A DNA stretch of 64,000 nt from an uncultured Planctomycetaceae bacterium. Its GTDB lineage: Bacteria; Planctomycetota; Planctomycetia; Planctomycetales; Planctomycetaceae. Position 1 is the first letter of the stretch; each line of letters starts with the position of its first letter. This document shows, one piece after another, positions 22,869 to 32,377 of this stretch. Location: NCBI GenBank assembly GCA_963815195.1, contig CAWFGE010000016.1, forward strand, positions 64,001 to 128,000, read 5' to 3'. Position numbers and translations under genes: made by a program. Below the pieces are notes generated by a model, which saw nothing but the letters and a program-made list of their open reading frames with translations, was not told the DNA's origin and made no database searches.

Positions 22869-22871
22869 GTC

Positions 22872-23063
22872 AAAACTCACTGCTGCCAGGCCGTGGGCCG
22901 CAGTGCGATCAAGGCGGGCTTCTCGGTGCTCTACCGTTCGATCTTCGATGTGGTCCGCGACTTCCTGCACGAGGCCGCGTTCGACGGCGATGACAAAACA
23001 TTGCAGCGTTACCTCAAGCCCGACCTGTTGATCGTCGACGACATGGGCATGAAGCAACTACCG
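22872..23063 (+). pseudogene. istB: Internal fragment of an IS21 IstB, from just after Walker A to just after Walker B
   Basis: KTHCCQAVG...GFSVLYRSIFDVVRDF...YLKPDLLIVDDMGMKQLP. Confidence 0.8.
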
Positions 23064-23065
23064 CT

Positions 23066-23416
23066 ACCCATCAACACAATGCTCATAAACCGTCCTCGGT
23101 AACGATCTGCTATCGTTTCCATGCTTTCTATGGCGAAGAGGTCCAGTTCGTTCGCACGTTTGGTGCGACCCATCATCTCGTGCGGTTGCCGGACGATGTG
23201 CAACTTGCCATTCCCTGTTGGATGCTTGATCCGATCGCCTGTGATCAGTGTCCCAATGCGGACCAGCCGCGGATCGCGATCGCGCCTTTGCTTGAGCTTC
23301 GCCAGCTTCTGAATCGTCAACCGTTGTTTCGCGCCGAGGATGGCTTTACGAATGGAGGAAACTCACTTTCTCCAGGAGATTCCGATGCCGCGAAGCAAAG
23401 CTCTTCCTCTCCCTAA
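23066..23416 (+). CDS. Y4bD/Y4pK (DUF5372-like) accessory protein, also start-less at the element end
   Basis: Open frame THQHNAHKPSSVTICYRFHAFYGEEV...LAIPCWMLDPIAC...LLELRQLL; the first possible start (GTG 23180) lies inside the conserved-looking part. Confidence 0.6.
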   Translation, partial: THQHNAHKPSSVTICYRFHAFYGEEVQFVRTFGATHHLVRLPDDVQLAIPCWMLDPIACDQCPNADQPRIAIAPLLELRQLLNRQPLFRAEDGFTNGGNSLSPGDSDAAKQSSSSP

Positions 23417-23573
23417 ACAGCAGGTGTTTGCGTTTGCACGAGTTGATCTGTGGGACAAGCTCCCGCAGACCGTGCGTGATGAGTGCCAACGGCTCCTCGC
23501 AGAGCAGTTGAAACAATCCTTGCCATCCCCTTCTCAACAGGAGCACGTCGATGAACGAGAAGATTCGATCTGA
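23385..23573 (+). CDS. Small accessory protein (WxxLP motif) overlapping the LSR start
   Basis: RBS aggag; MPRSK...LWDKLPQTVRDECQRLLAEQL. Confidence 0.5.
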   Translation: MPRSKALPLPKQQVFAFARVDLWDKLPQTVRDECQRLLAEQLKQSLPSPSQQEHVDEREDSI

Positions 23574-24510
23574 GCACCGAGAGCGAACCGCGTTTGTTTA
23601 TGTCCGGCAATCCAGTAATCATCAGGTCCGAGAACATCTCGAGGGACAACAACGGCAATATGCTCTGGCGGATTATGCGAGGCAGCTCAAATTCCAAAAG
23701 GTCACGGTGATTGATGATGATCTCGGCCGCTCGGGCAGTGGACTTCAGGACCGCCCGGGATTCGCGAGGTTACTCACAGCCGTTTGCCAAGGCGAAGCGG
23801 GAGCCGTGCTGGCCCTGGAGGCTTCTCGGTTGGCGCGGAACAATCGGGACTGGCACCATTTGATTGATCTGTGTGCGCTGACCGAGACGTTGATCATCGA
23901 TGACGATGGCGTCTGGCGTCTACGATCCCCGGGAACTCAACGACCGGTTGCTGTTGGGACTGAAGGGGAGTTTGGCAGAATTCGAGCTGGGGTTATTTCG
24001 ACAACGGGCTCGGGCCGCGTTTGAACAGAAAGTTCGACGGGGTCACATCCTGTGGGAGCCCGTGGTGGGTTTCGTCAAGACGGACGATCATCGGGTGGAA
24101 ATGATCGCTGATCGGCAAGTCCAAGAAGCCTTGCGCGGCGTCTTTCGCAAGTTTCGCGAGCTGGGCAGCGCGCGGCAGACGGCACTCTGGTACGCTCAAG
24201 AGCAACTGTGGCTTCCCGAGGCCGTCCGCGGCACTTCGGGCTATGAAATTCAGTGGCACATTCCCGGCCGGCATCGCATTCTGCAAATCCTGAAAAACCC
24301 GTGTTATGCGGGAGCTTTCGCTTGGGGACGAACCGTCTCGCAACTGTGGTGGAAGATGGCCGGGCGAGGACGAAGGGGCGAAAAAAGCGGCCGCGTGAGG
24401 AATGGAAGGTCTTGATTTTGGATCACCATCCCGGGTACATCACCTGGAAAGAGTATTTGCAAAATCAAGAGATTCTGGAGTCGAATCGAAACATGCCCGA
24501 AGGAACCACA
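23551..24510 (+). pseudogene. Large serine recombinase, frameshifted and truncated before the Zn-ribbon
   Basis: AFVYVRQSS, IDDDLGRSGSG, LEASRLARN, NDRLLLGLKG, ILKNPCYAG, DHHPGYITW; 7-bp tandem duplication at 23907-23920. Confidence 0.88.
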
Positions 24511-24511
24511 C

Positions 24512-26548
24512 CCCGGTCCCGGCGTCGCTGATGCTGATCGCCGTTCCACCGCTGGTTAGGGACAACTGCAGAGTGTCGGCGCCTGCGTCGCGGGTGACAA
24601 TATAATAGTCGGTGTCGGCGGCGAGACCGGCGGGCAGCGTATCGGTGGACCGCACCTGCACGATCTGATCTTCCACGAAATCGCCGCCGGCCAGATTCAA
24701 GGTGTCGCCGCTGACGGTGAATGTGGACCGCATCCGCATGCCGTACAGAATCGATATGGTGCCCGCGTCGACGTAAAGCACGTCGCCCGTGTCCGGCACG
24801 CGGCCGCCCGTGAAATTCAGCGGGTCGTTGAAATGGTTGGGGCCGGCGCTGAAGGTGCTTGCTTCCAAGGTCAGCGTCTCCGTCCCTGCCGCGCCGATCA
24901 GATCGCTGCCATCCGCCACCAACAGGGCCAGGTTCTGTCCCGAGACCAGCGCGCCGTTAAACGTGACGACCCAGGGGCCAGTGCCAGTGACGGTCACACC
25001 ATCGATCCCGACCAAGGCCTCCAAGGCGGATTCCACGGTGGCGGCGTTGGCGTTGTACGCGATGCTCCCGGTCGGTTCGCCATCAAAGGACAGCTTAAAG
25101 CTGCCGCCAGTGACGCCCACGCCGAGCGTAATGGTCTGTTGCTCATCCACGCTGGCCGCTGCCGTGGTGACGGTGGTCACCGTGCCGCCGCCCCCGGTCA
25201 GGTTCGTGCCATCGCCCGTTAATTCCGGCACATTCTCCGCGCCGGGATCCTCGAACGTGATCACCCAGGGATCGGCCGCCGTGCCCGAGCCGGTGACGGA
25301 CACATCCAGGATGTTCGACAAGCCTTCCAGAGCGGTTTCGATCGTCGCAGCACTGGCGTTCCAGGCGATGCCCGACGTGGTCTGCCCGTCGAACGTCACA
25401 TCGAAAGTACCTCCCGTTGCGAAGATCCACAGCTGCTGGACTTCGTTGGCCCCGCCACTCAATCCTTCATATTGAATGACCTGCGAACTGCCCGAGCCGT
25501 TCGTCAGTTGGGAATCGTCCACGGAAAATGTATCCAGAATGGACGCTGTGGTGCTGGAGAATTTGATCGCGAACAATCCCGCTCGGCCATAGAAGGAGCC
25601 GTACAATTGCAGGTTCTGGGCCAGGGCATTCGCCAACAGGTCCAAATCGGTCAGCCCATAGTTGTAGCTGTAGTCCGCTGTTCCACCGTTGTAACTGAAG
25701 CCGATATAGCCTCCGTTCGCATCGTGGTAATCGACAATCACCACGCGCTGGTTGCTGACCCCGCCCGTGGCAATGACTTGCGGCACTTCGTTGAACGGCG
25801 TCGCGCCTCCGCCGCCCAGCGTGCCGATGTCGTAATCCAAGGCCTGGACGGACTGACCGGCCAGATCGCCGATGAACTCGATGAAATACACCCGCCGCCC
25901 GCCCAGGCTGGCCAACTGATATCCCGCATAGACGGCCACATTCCCCGCGCCGATGGAACTGATGCTTTCCAGGGCCGATTGCACTTCGGCGGCGGTCGCG
26001 TCGTAGTCGATGTTCGTGGAACTCTCGCCGTACAGGGACAACGTGTATTGCCCCTGGCTCGCGTCCAGCACGTAGTACTGGATTGTGTTGGAATACTCCG
26101 AGCCTTCGGTGATCGTGTCGATGACGACGTCGCCGTTGCCGGTCAGGTTGGTGCCGTCCAGCGACATGAGGTTCACGTCGGTTTCGGCATAGTTGCCTTT
26201 GAAGGTCACATACCACGGTCCGCCGGACTGCCCGGTGACCAGGAAATCGCCGGGAACCGGCGTCGCCAGGTTTTCAAGCGCAGTTTGCACGTCGGCGGGC
26301 GTGGCGTTGTAGGCGATGCCGGCAGTCGTTTCGGTGCCGCTGCCGGCGTCCCAGGAGATCGTGAACGTGCCGCCCGAATAGGTGCCGACCAGCTGCAGCT
26401 TCTGGACTTCGTTCCGCCCCGCGAATCCCGCCGTGGTCTCTTCCACGGTGACGTTCCCGCCCTCGGTGTTTGTGGTGGACGATGCGACCTCAAAGGGCAC
26501 GCCCGGCTTGCGAGCCGTGAGCGTGAGGTAATCGCCGAAGTCCTCGGC
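24512..26548 (-). pseudogene. Internal fragment of a phage-structural/adhesin-like protein with five tandem repeats of about 95 aa (NEVQ...GGTF...IAYNA..A.V..ALE)
   Basis: Repeats visible in ORF 24440..27148; both ORF ends run antisense into unrelated + strand genes. Confidence 0.65.
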
Positions 26549-26938
26549 CATTTCCAATCCGGCCAACGGAGCACGAAGGAAATGCAAACCGGGGAACCGC
26601 CCGAACCCGCGGCCGTGGCCCCACGTGTGCCGCGTGTGGCCAAGCTTATGGCCTTGGCAATAAGGTTCGAAGGCTTGATCCGCGACGGCGTCGTGGCCGA
26701 CTACGCGGAACTGGCGCGATTGGGGCACGTCTCGCGGGCCAGAATCACGCAGATCGGTAATCTTCTGAATTTGGCTCCGGACATCGAGGAGGCGATTCTG
26801 TTTCTGGAGCCGGTGGAAGAGGGAAAAGATCCGATTACCGAACGGGATCTGCGGCCGATTGTGGCTGTTGCGGATTGGAAAAAGCAGCGGCGGATGTGGC
26901 GCGGCTTGGTGGAAAGAACCCGCTTGATGAGGAATTGA
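26549..26938 (+). pseudogene. 5'-truncated conserved planctomycete HTH-like gene of recombinase-associated elements (copy 1)
   Basis: RVPRVAKLMALAIRFEGLIRDGVVADYAELARLGHVSRARITQIGNLLNLAPDIEEAILFL. Confidence 0.7.
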
Positions 26939-27117
26939 GAGGAACTTTGCGAAACTAATGAAATTGCTTCTGGTCTGTCTTTCGTGGCCGCGATAAAATC
27001 GCTGTCTATCCAAAGGAGACAGATCATGAATGTTGAAATCGTGTGCCAACCCAGATGACCCCTCCCTGATCTGGGACGGCGTCACCACTTCACCGGAATC
27101 CATACTGAGAGTATTCG

Positions 27118-28023
27118 ATGTTTCGGCACATTTTTCTTTTGATCGCAATCGGCGTCCTGATTCCTGCGGAAAAAGAATCGATGGCCGAGGACGCCATCGA
27201 CTTCGTCGCCGTCACCGACTATTTGCAACTTCCCGAAAACGTCGCCCTCGGTCCATGTTCCGCCGTCGATTTCGACAGCAACGGCCGGCTGTATCTATTG
27301 CATCGGGGAAAGCGACCTATTCTTTGCTTTGATCAAAACGGAAAATTCCTGCGCTCGTGGGGTGACGACTTGATCGGCAAGGCCCACGGCTTGCGGATCG
27401 ACCCTGCGGACAATGTTTGGGTCACCGACATTGGCCATCATATGGTCGTCAAGTTCAGCCCAAAGGGAAAGCTGCTACTTGCCTTGGGACAATCTGGCAA
27501 ACCCGGCACGGGCGACGATCAATTCAATCAGCCAACCGATATTGCGTTCGGCCCCAAGGGGGAAGTTTACGTCTCCGATGGATACGGCAACAGCCGCGTC
27601 ATGAAGTTTGCCCCAAACGGAAGATTTCTGGCGAAGTGGGGCCGACCGGGCAAGGGAAAGGGAGAGTTTGACTTGCCCCACTCCATCGTTGTGGATCCCA
27701 AGGGCAGAGTTCTGGTTGGCGACCGCGAGAACGATCGCATTCAGATCTTCGACTCCGAAGGCACATTCCTGGAGAGTTGGCCCGGTTTTGCCCCGTATGG
27801 GATGGAACTTGGCGCAAAGGGAGCCCTGTTTGTGGCGGACGGCCGCGCGAACAAGATCTTGCAGCTTGATTCGGCCGGAACGACGATTGGCACGTGGGGT
27901 CGAAAAGGAAACGGTCTTGGCGAGTTCAATTTGCCTCACATGCTCGCCGCCGACAGCAAAGGGAATTTGTATGTCGCCGAAGTTGGCGGACAGCGTCTTC
28001 AAAAGCTGAGGCGCAAGGAATAA
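27118..28023 (+). CDS. Secreted NHL-repeat protein (peptidyl-alpha-hydroxyglycine amidating lyase-like)
   Basis: Signal peptide; AHGLRID, FNQPTDIAF..GEVYVSDGYGNSRV, FDLPHSI, DRENDRIQIF. Confidence 0.88.
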   Translation: MFRHIFLLIAIGVLIPAEKESMAEDAIDFVAVTDYLQLPENVALGPCSAVDFDSNGRLYLLHRGKRPILCFDQNGKFLRSWGDDLIGKAHGLRIDPADNVWVTDIGHHMVVKFSPKGKLLLALGQSGKPGTGDDQFNQPTDIAFGPKGEVYVSDGYGNSRVMKFAPNGRFLAKWGRPGKGKGEFDLPHSIVVDPKGRVLVGDRENDRIQIFDSEGTFLESWPGFAPYGMELGAKGALFVADGRANKILQLDSAGTTIGTWGRKGNGLGEFNLPHMLAADSKGNLYVAEVGGQRLQKLRRKE

Positions 28024-28026
28024 TCC

Positions 28027-28629
28027 ATGCGTCTGGGTTTACTTGCGGACATTCACGGACACGCAGATCTGTTGCGCGCCGCCATTCAGAAACTGCGAAA
28101 CTCCGATGTCGACCGATTCATCGTGCTGGGCGACGTCATCTATGACAGTCGCAACGCTTCCGAAACGATTGCGTTGCTCGAGGACTGCCACGCCGTCGGC
28201 GTCTGGGGCAATCACGATTTGGGACTGTGTCTTGAACCGGAGAAGTGGGCGAATTCTCAATTTCATCCATCCGTCGTGGATTTCTGCGGTAGGCTTGCCC
28301 CACGATACGAAATGGGCGATTTGCTATTTTCTCACACGTTTCCCAGTCAAGACCCGGCGGATCCGGTCGCTTATTATTTGGGACCGAATCCCGACAGTTT
28401 GGCTGCGTTCGGCGAATGCTTTGCCCTATTCCCGCATCGTGTCATCTTTATCGGCCATTTTCATCGGTGGTTGCTCGTTACGCCGGAAGGGCCAATTGAA
28501 TGGAATGGTCAGCATTCGATGGAGTTCGACCCAACTCGCCGATACTTTGTCATCGTCGATACGGTGATGAACGGTTCGGCCGCGATTTTCGACGACGCAA
28601 CCAGCGTCTTGACTCCGATCCAACTCTGA
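28027..28629 (+). CDS. Calcineurin-like metallophosphoesterase
   Basis: ADIHG, LGDV, GNHD, FSH and IGHFH motifs. Confidence 0.88.
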   Translation: MRLGLLADIHGHADLLRAAIQKLRNSDVDRFIVLGDVIYDSRNASETIALLEDCHAVGVWGNHDLGLCLEPEKWANSQFHPSVVDFCGRLAPRYEMGDLLFSHTFPSQDPADPVAYYLGPNPDSLAAFGECFALFPHRVIFIGHFHRWLLVTPEGPIEWNGQHSMEFDPTRRYFVIVDTVMNGSAAIFDDATSVLTPIQL

Positions 28630-28694
28630 GTCCCGTTTTACAACCGAATTCTTGGCGGATTCAAGCACCACGATTCACAGAGGGAGAAACCTGC

Positions 28695-29495
28695 TTGAGC
28701 ACCAACACCAAAATCGAATGGACCGACACGACCTGGAACCCGGTCCGTGGCTGCACGAAAATCAGCACCGGCTGCGCCCACTGCTACGCCGAAACATTCG
28801 CCGAACGCTTTCGCGGCGTGCCGGGCCACCCCTACGAACAGGGATTCGATCTGCGTCTGGTCCCGGAGAAACTGACCGAGCCGTTCCTCTGGCCCAAGCC
28901 GCAAATGGTGTTCGTGAACTCGATGAGCGATTTGTTTCACCGCGACGTTCCCGACGAATACATCGTGCTGGTCGCCGAAGTCATGGCCAAGGCAAATTGG
29001 CACGTTTATCAAGTGTTGACCAAGCGGTCCGAACGCCTGCGGGATATGCTTCAGACGAAATTGGCCTTTGCTGCCGAACTGGAGCACATTTGGTGGGGCG
29101 TGAGCGTCGAGAACCAAAAACATGGCCTGCCCCGAATTGATCATCTGCGGCATGCCAATCCGAAAAGGGCGTTTCTGTCGGTTGAGCCTCTGCTTGAGGA
29201 CTTGGGCGAAGTCAATTTGACAGGAATCGATTGGGTGATCGTCGGGGGCGAAAGCGGCGCGGGTGCTCGGCCGATGAAAGCCGAATGGGTGGAGAACATT
29301 CGGCACCAATGCAAATCGGTAAATGTGCCGTTCTTTTTCAAACAATGGGGCGGCGTTCGCAAGAAGCGTGCGGGTCGGGAACTCAATGGGCGGACTTATG
29401 ATGAGCACCCGGTGATTGCTCGGGGGAAAATGCCGGAACGTGCGCGGCGGAAAGAAATGGCGGAGGATTTTGAGATAGCGTTGCCAATGTGGTAG
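28695..29495 (+). CDS. DUF5131 (phage Gp37/Gp68) family protein
   Basis: TTG start with agggag RBS; TKIEWTDTTWNPVRGCTKISTGCAHCYAE, FVNSMSDLFH, SVEPLL, WVIVGGESG, FFFKQWGG. Confidence 0.93.
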   Translation: MSTNTKIEWTDTTWNPVRGCTKISTGCAHCYAETFAERFRGVPGHPYEQGFDLRLVPEKLTEPFLWPKPQMVFVNSMSDLFHRDVPDEYIVLVAEVMAKANWHVYQVLTKRSERLRDMLQTKLAFAAELEHIWWGVSVENQKHGLPRIDHLRHANPKRAFLSVEPLLEDLGEVNLTGIDWVIVGGESGAGARPMKAEWVENIRHQCKSVNVPFFFKQWGGVRKKRAGRELNGRTYDEHPVIARGKMPERARRKEMAEDFEIALPMW

Positions 29496-29554
29496 CCTCA
29501 GATCATTTGAGCTGTTCGTGGTCCTGACAAGCTCGGCGTCCGGCCAAAAAACGT

Positions 29555-30349
29555 ATGAGTGAGATCGGCATGGCTCGCATCACAATTTTTAGTTTTGGTT
29601 ACTACGGCTGGGGAAACGCTACGGATCAGCTCGTCAGGTCCGTGGATTGTGTCGAAAAAGAGCGCGGCTTTCGAACGCCGTTGTTTGTTGACACACGGAT
29701 CAACCGTTCTGTCAGGGCAAAGGGATTCAACGGGACAGCGTTTCAAGAACGTGTTGGCGAGCGTCGGTATCGCTGGATGAAATCCCTCAGCAATAAACGC
29801 ATTCAAAGCGGCACTGGCCCAAAGATTCAAATTGCGGATCCAGACGCGGCCAAAACACTACTCGATCTTGCTGTCGAACGGCATGAGAAGGATCACCGAA
29901 TCATCTTTTACTGCAGTTGCGGATACCCTAAATGCGACGGACGGATCGCTTGCCATCGGTTCTCCATCGGTACGCTCCTCATCAAAGCGGCGCAAAAACA
30001 GGGGATTGCACTCCGTGTCGTTGAGTGGCCCGGAGGGAATCCCCAAAGAGTGCACTTGAATGTCGACGCCGACGTTTTCGATTCCGTTTCTAACGGGCGA
30101 ATGACTATTCCGCTTCGAAAACGCTTTCGAATGGCCGAGCTCGCGGCGTTACCTCATTGCTCAACAGCGACGCTCCGATGTGACAGACGAAAGATCCATC
30201 GTCTTGTCTCCCCGGCACATATGGCAGGTGGTGAATGGAACCTACCTGTTTTGTGTGCATATTCAGATCCCTCCGTCGGCATGCTTGAATATCAGAGCGA
30301 AGGAAAAAGATTGCATCAGCAGTTGGGATTTAATGAGCGATGTTCGTGA
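29555..30349 (+). CDS. DUF488-like protein with C-terminal extension
   Basis: ITIFSFGY, LFVDTR...GFNG, YRWMKSL, FYC...ACHR pattern resembles DUF488. Confidence 0.5.
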   Translation: MSEIGMARITIFSFGYYGWGNATDQLVRSVDCVEKERGFRTPLFVDTRINRSVRAKGFNGTAFQERVGERRYRWMKSLSNKRIQSGTGPKIQIADPDAAKTLLDLAVERHEKDHRIIFYCSCGYPKCDGRIACHRFSIGTLLIKAAQKQGIALRVVEWPGGNPQRVHLNVDADVFDSVSNGRMTIPLRKRFRMAELAALPHCSTATLRCDRRKIHRLVSPAHMAGGEWNLPVLCAYSDPSVGMLEYQSEGKRLHQQLGFNERCS

Positions 30350-30404
30350 CCAGCGTGTTTCCATCGTCGCGTTACACCTCGGGGATTCCAAACCAAAATC
30401 GCGA

Positions 30405-30705
30405 CGTGGGCCACCGTGTGCCGCGCGTGGTGAAGTTGATAGCCCTGACAATTCGGCTTGAAGGATTGATTCGGGACGGTGTCATCGCCGACTACGCAGA
30501 ACTGGCGCGCCTCGGGCACGTCTCGCGGGCGAGGATGACGCACGTCTCGAATCTGTTGAATTTGGCGCCCGACATCCAGGAGGCGATCCTGTTTTTGGAA
30601 CAAGTGAAGCGTGGCAAAGATCCGATCACGGAACGCGAACTGCGGCCAATTGTGGCCGTGGCGGATTGGAAGAAACTGAGGCGGCTGTGGAACGCGATTC
30701 GGTGA
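30405..30705 (+). pseudogene. Second 5'-truncated copy of the RVPRV...LARLGHVSRAR gene; diverged direct repeat of about 285 bp with 26614-26899
   Basis: RVPRVVKLIALTIRLEGLIRDGVIADYAELARLGHVSRARMTHVSNLLNLAPDIQEAILFL. Confidence 0.75.
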
Positions 30706-30919
30706 AAAACTGATCTGAGTGGAGGCGGCCACCAGGACTCGCAACGGGTCTCACTAATCTGGGCAATTCGCAGCGGATGGGACACCCGTGTTGCCCACCA
30801 GCTTGCCTAGTATTTGCTGTTTCATTGGATTCCCATTGCCTTATTCAAACTGGTCGAGATTTGATAACCAGATGTCTTCGAGTTCTTTGTTTTGCATGCT
30901 TCACCGAACGCCGTCGCGA

Positions 30920-31070
30920 TAGTGAACGAGACCAGCACGTCCACATCGCTATCGGGACCGAAGTCGTCTCGCAGTACCGAGCCAAAGAGTGACAACTCGC
31001 GCACCTTCCACCTTTGGCAGAACGCCTCCAGGACGTCCGGTGGGATCGTGATTTTGGGAAGGGCCGTCAT
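30920..31070 (-). pseudogene. Truncated minimal nucleotidyltransferase (MNT/MntA-type antitoxin)
   Basis: LEAFCQRWKVRELSLFGSVLRDDFGPDSDVDVLVSF, then similarity is lost. Confidence 0.75.
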
Positions 31071-31205
31071 GCGATTTGGCATCCGCCATTGTGGAAGAAT
31101 TCACACTCCTGTTGACCACGTTCCCAAAGGTTCGCACCGGGTTGTCTACGGGGTCCATACCGAGCAATCAAGGGAAAACGGCGTTAAGTGGCACCCGTCA
31201 GTTTA

Positions 31206-32377
31206 TCACTCGGTTGCCCGAGTCATTGGCCAGACCCCTTGCAACCATATCAGAGTGGGAGCTTCGTCCTCCGGGCGGGCGGCGAGGTGAAAGGTGTGCC
31301 GTTGCCTCTCGCCCGCATCGTCGGGCTCGGCCCGCATCACATGCCCCAGCAATTCGGCCGGAACTTTGCTTTTTAGTTCTGGAAGATCGTGCTCATTCAG
31401 CCGCGAGAGGAATCCGAAGATTGAAACGTCGTTGACGCCTTGGTTGTCAGTTCGTGTGACGACAAGGTGGCCATTCCAGATGCCGTTCTCGCGTACTTCC
31501 TCGACTTGCAGCTTGACCGTTGCCGAGAGCGCAGCTCCGCGAATTGTCGTCACGTACGTCTTGCCCGGCGCCATCAGCTCCACCAGTCGTGCTTTCTGAC
31601 GTCCGGCGAGAGCATCGGATTCGGCGGTCATTTTTTCGACGGCGGCAAAGAACTCGGTGTAGGGGCGGCTCCACTCATTGGCCGACGCCTGGTAGTTTCC
31701 GGGATCGACGACGAGCAAGCCCGGCGGCGCGTACTCCGGCGAGACGATCTGCCGGCTGATCGACGACTTCGGGCGAAGTTGGGTGACTTCGTGAACCCAC
31801 TTCGAGTCGACCAGGCGGGACTGAATCTTGCCTGTCGCCGTCCACCGCGAGCCGGTGGCGTGCTCTTTCTCGAGTACCCAGGCTCGCGACGCCAGAAGCT
31901 GCTTCCACTGCTGGTCAAGCTTGGATCGTTTCGGCTCGGCAATCTTTTTCGCGGCAGTCGTCGCACTCGACACGCGTTTGGTGTCCCACTGGATGGCCTT
32001 CCGGAGTTCGCTGCTGGTGGCCAGCTTGTACAAATCGGTCAACAATTCCTGTTCGACCTCGAACGAGATCTCGTGGTGCGTCTCGGTCCTGGGCTTGCGA
32101 TGGGTGATCCGAACATCGACCAGGCGCGCCTTGATGATTTGTTCGTCCCGTTCCTTCGCGATCTGCGGCTTTTCGGTTGTTAAGGAGAATTGCCGCGAAC
32201 CTTGAGTCAATTGCGCCTCGTACCGTGCCGCCGGGTCGTTGCCTGGCGGCGGTCCTCCCGGTCCAAATCCGGGCGGGCTGCCGAAGGGTCCGGGCGGCAT
32301 TCCCCCCTGTAAGGCGTCAATTAGTTCGGGTGCCTGAGCGTCGATTAGAGCGACCGAGCCTGGGGACTGCTGGCGCT
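31206..32377 (-). CDS. Hypothetical protein, probably 5'-truncated by the adjacent IS21 end
   Basis: 393-aa open frame with a Pro/Gly linker; its apparent start lies within the IS end repeat. Confidence 0.45.

Larger units (their letters stand above)
20398..22870 (+). mobile_element. Three-gene large-serine-recombinase mobile element (element 1)
   Basis: Abrupt junctions with istB sequence on both sides, sharing GT(C); contains a small start-less ORF, a small WxxL ORF and an LSR. Confidence 0.75.
23062..24510 (+). mobile_element. Second three-gene LSR element (element 2), 3'-truncated
   Basis: Begins where the istB fragment stops; same gene order as element 1. Confidence 0.7.

Noticed and set aside
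24440..27148. 902-aa ORF as one intact gene
   Set aside because: The first 200 or so residues are the antisense of a + strand gene fragment and intergenic DNA, and the last 25 or so are antisense of the LSR. Only the middle is real coding sequence.
31075..31200. HEPN toxin remnant upstream of the MNT fragment
   Set aside because: Only a faint LTPF..IARY-like similarity across broken frames; not supportable.
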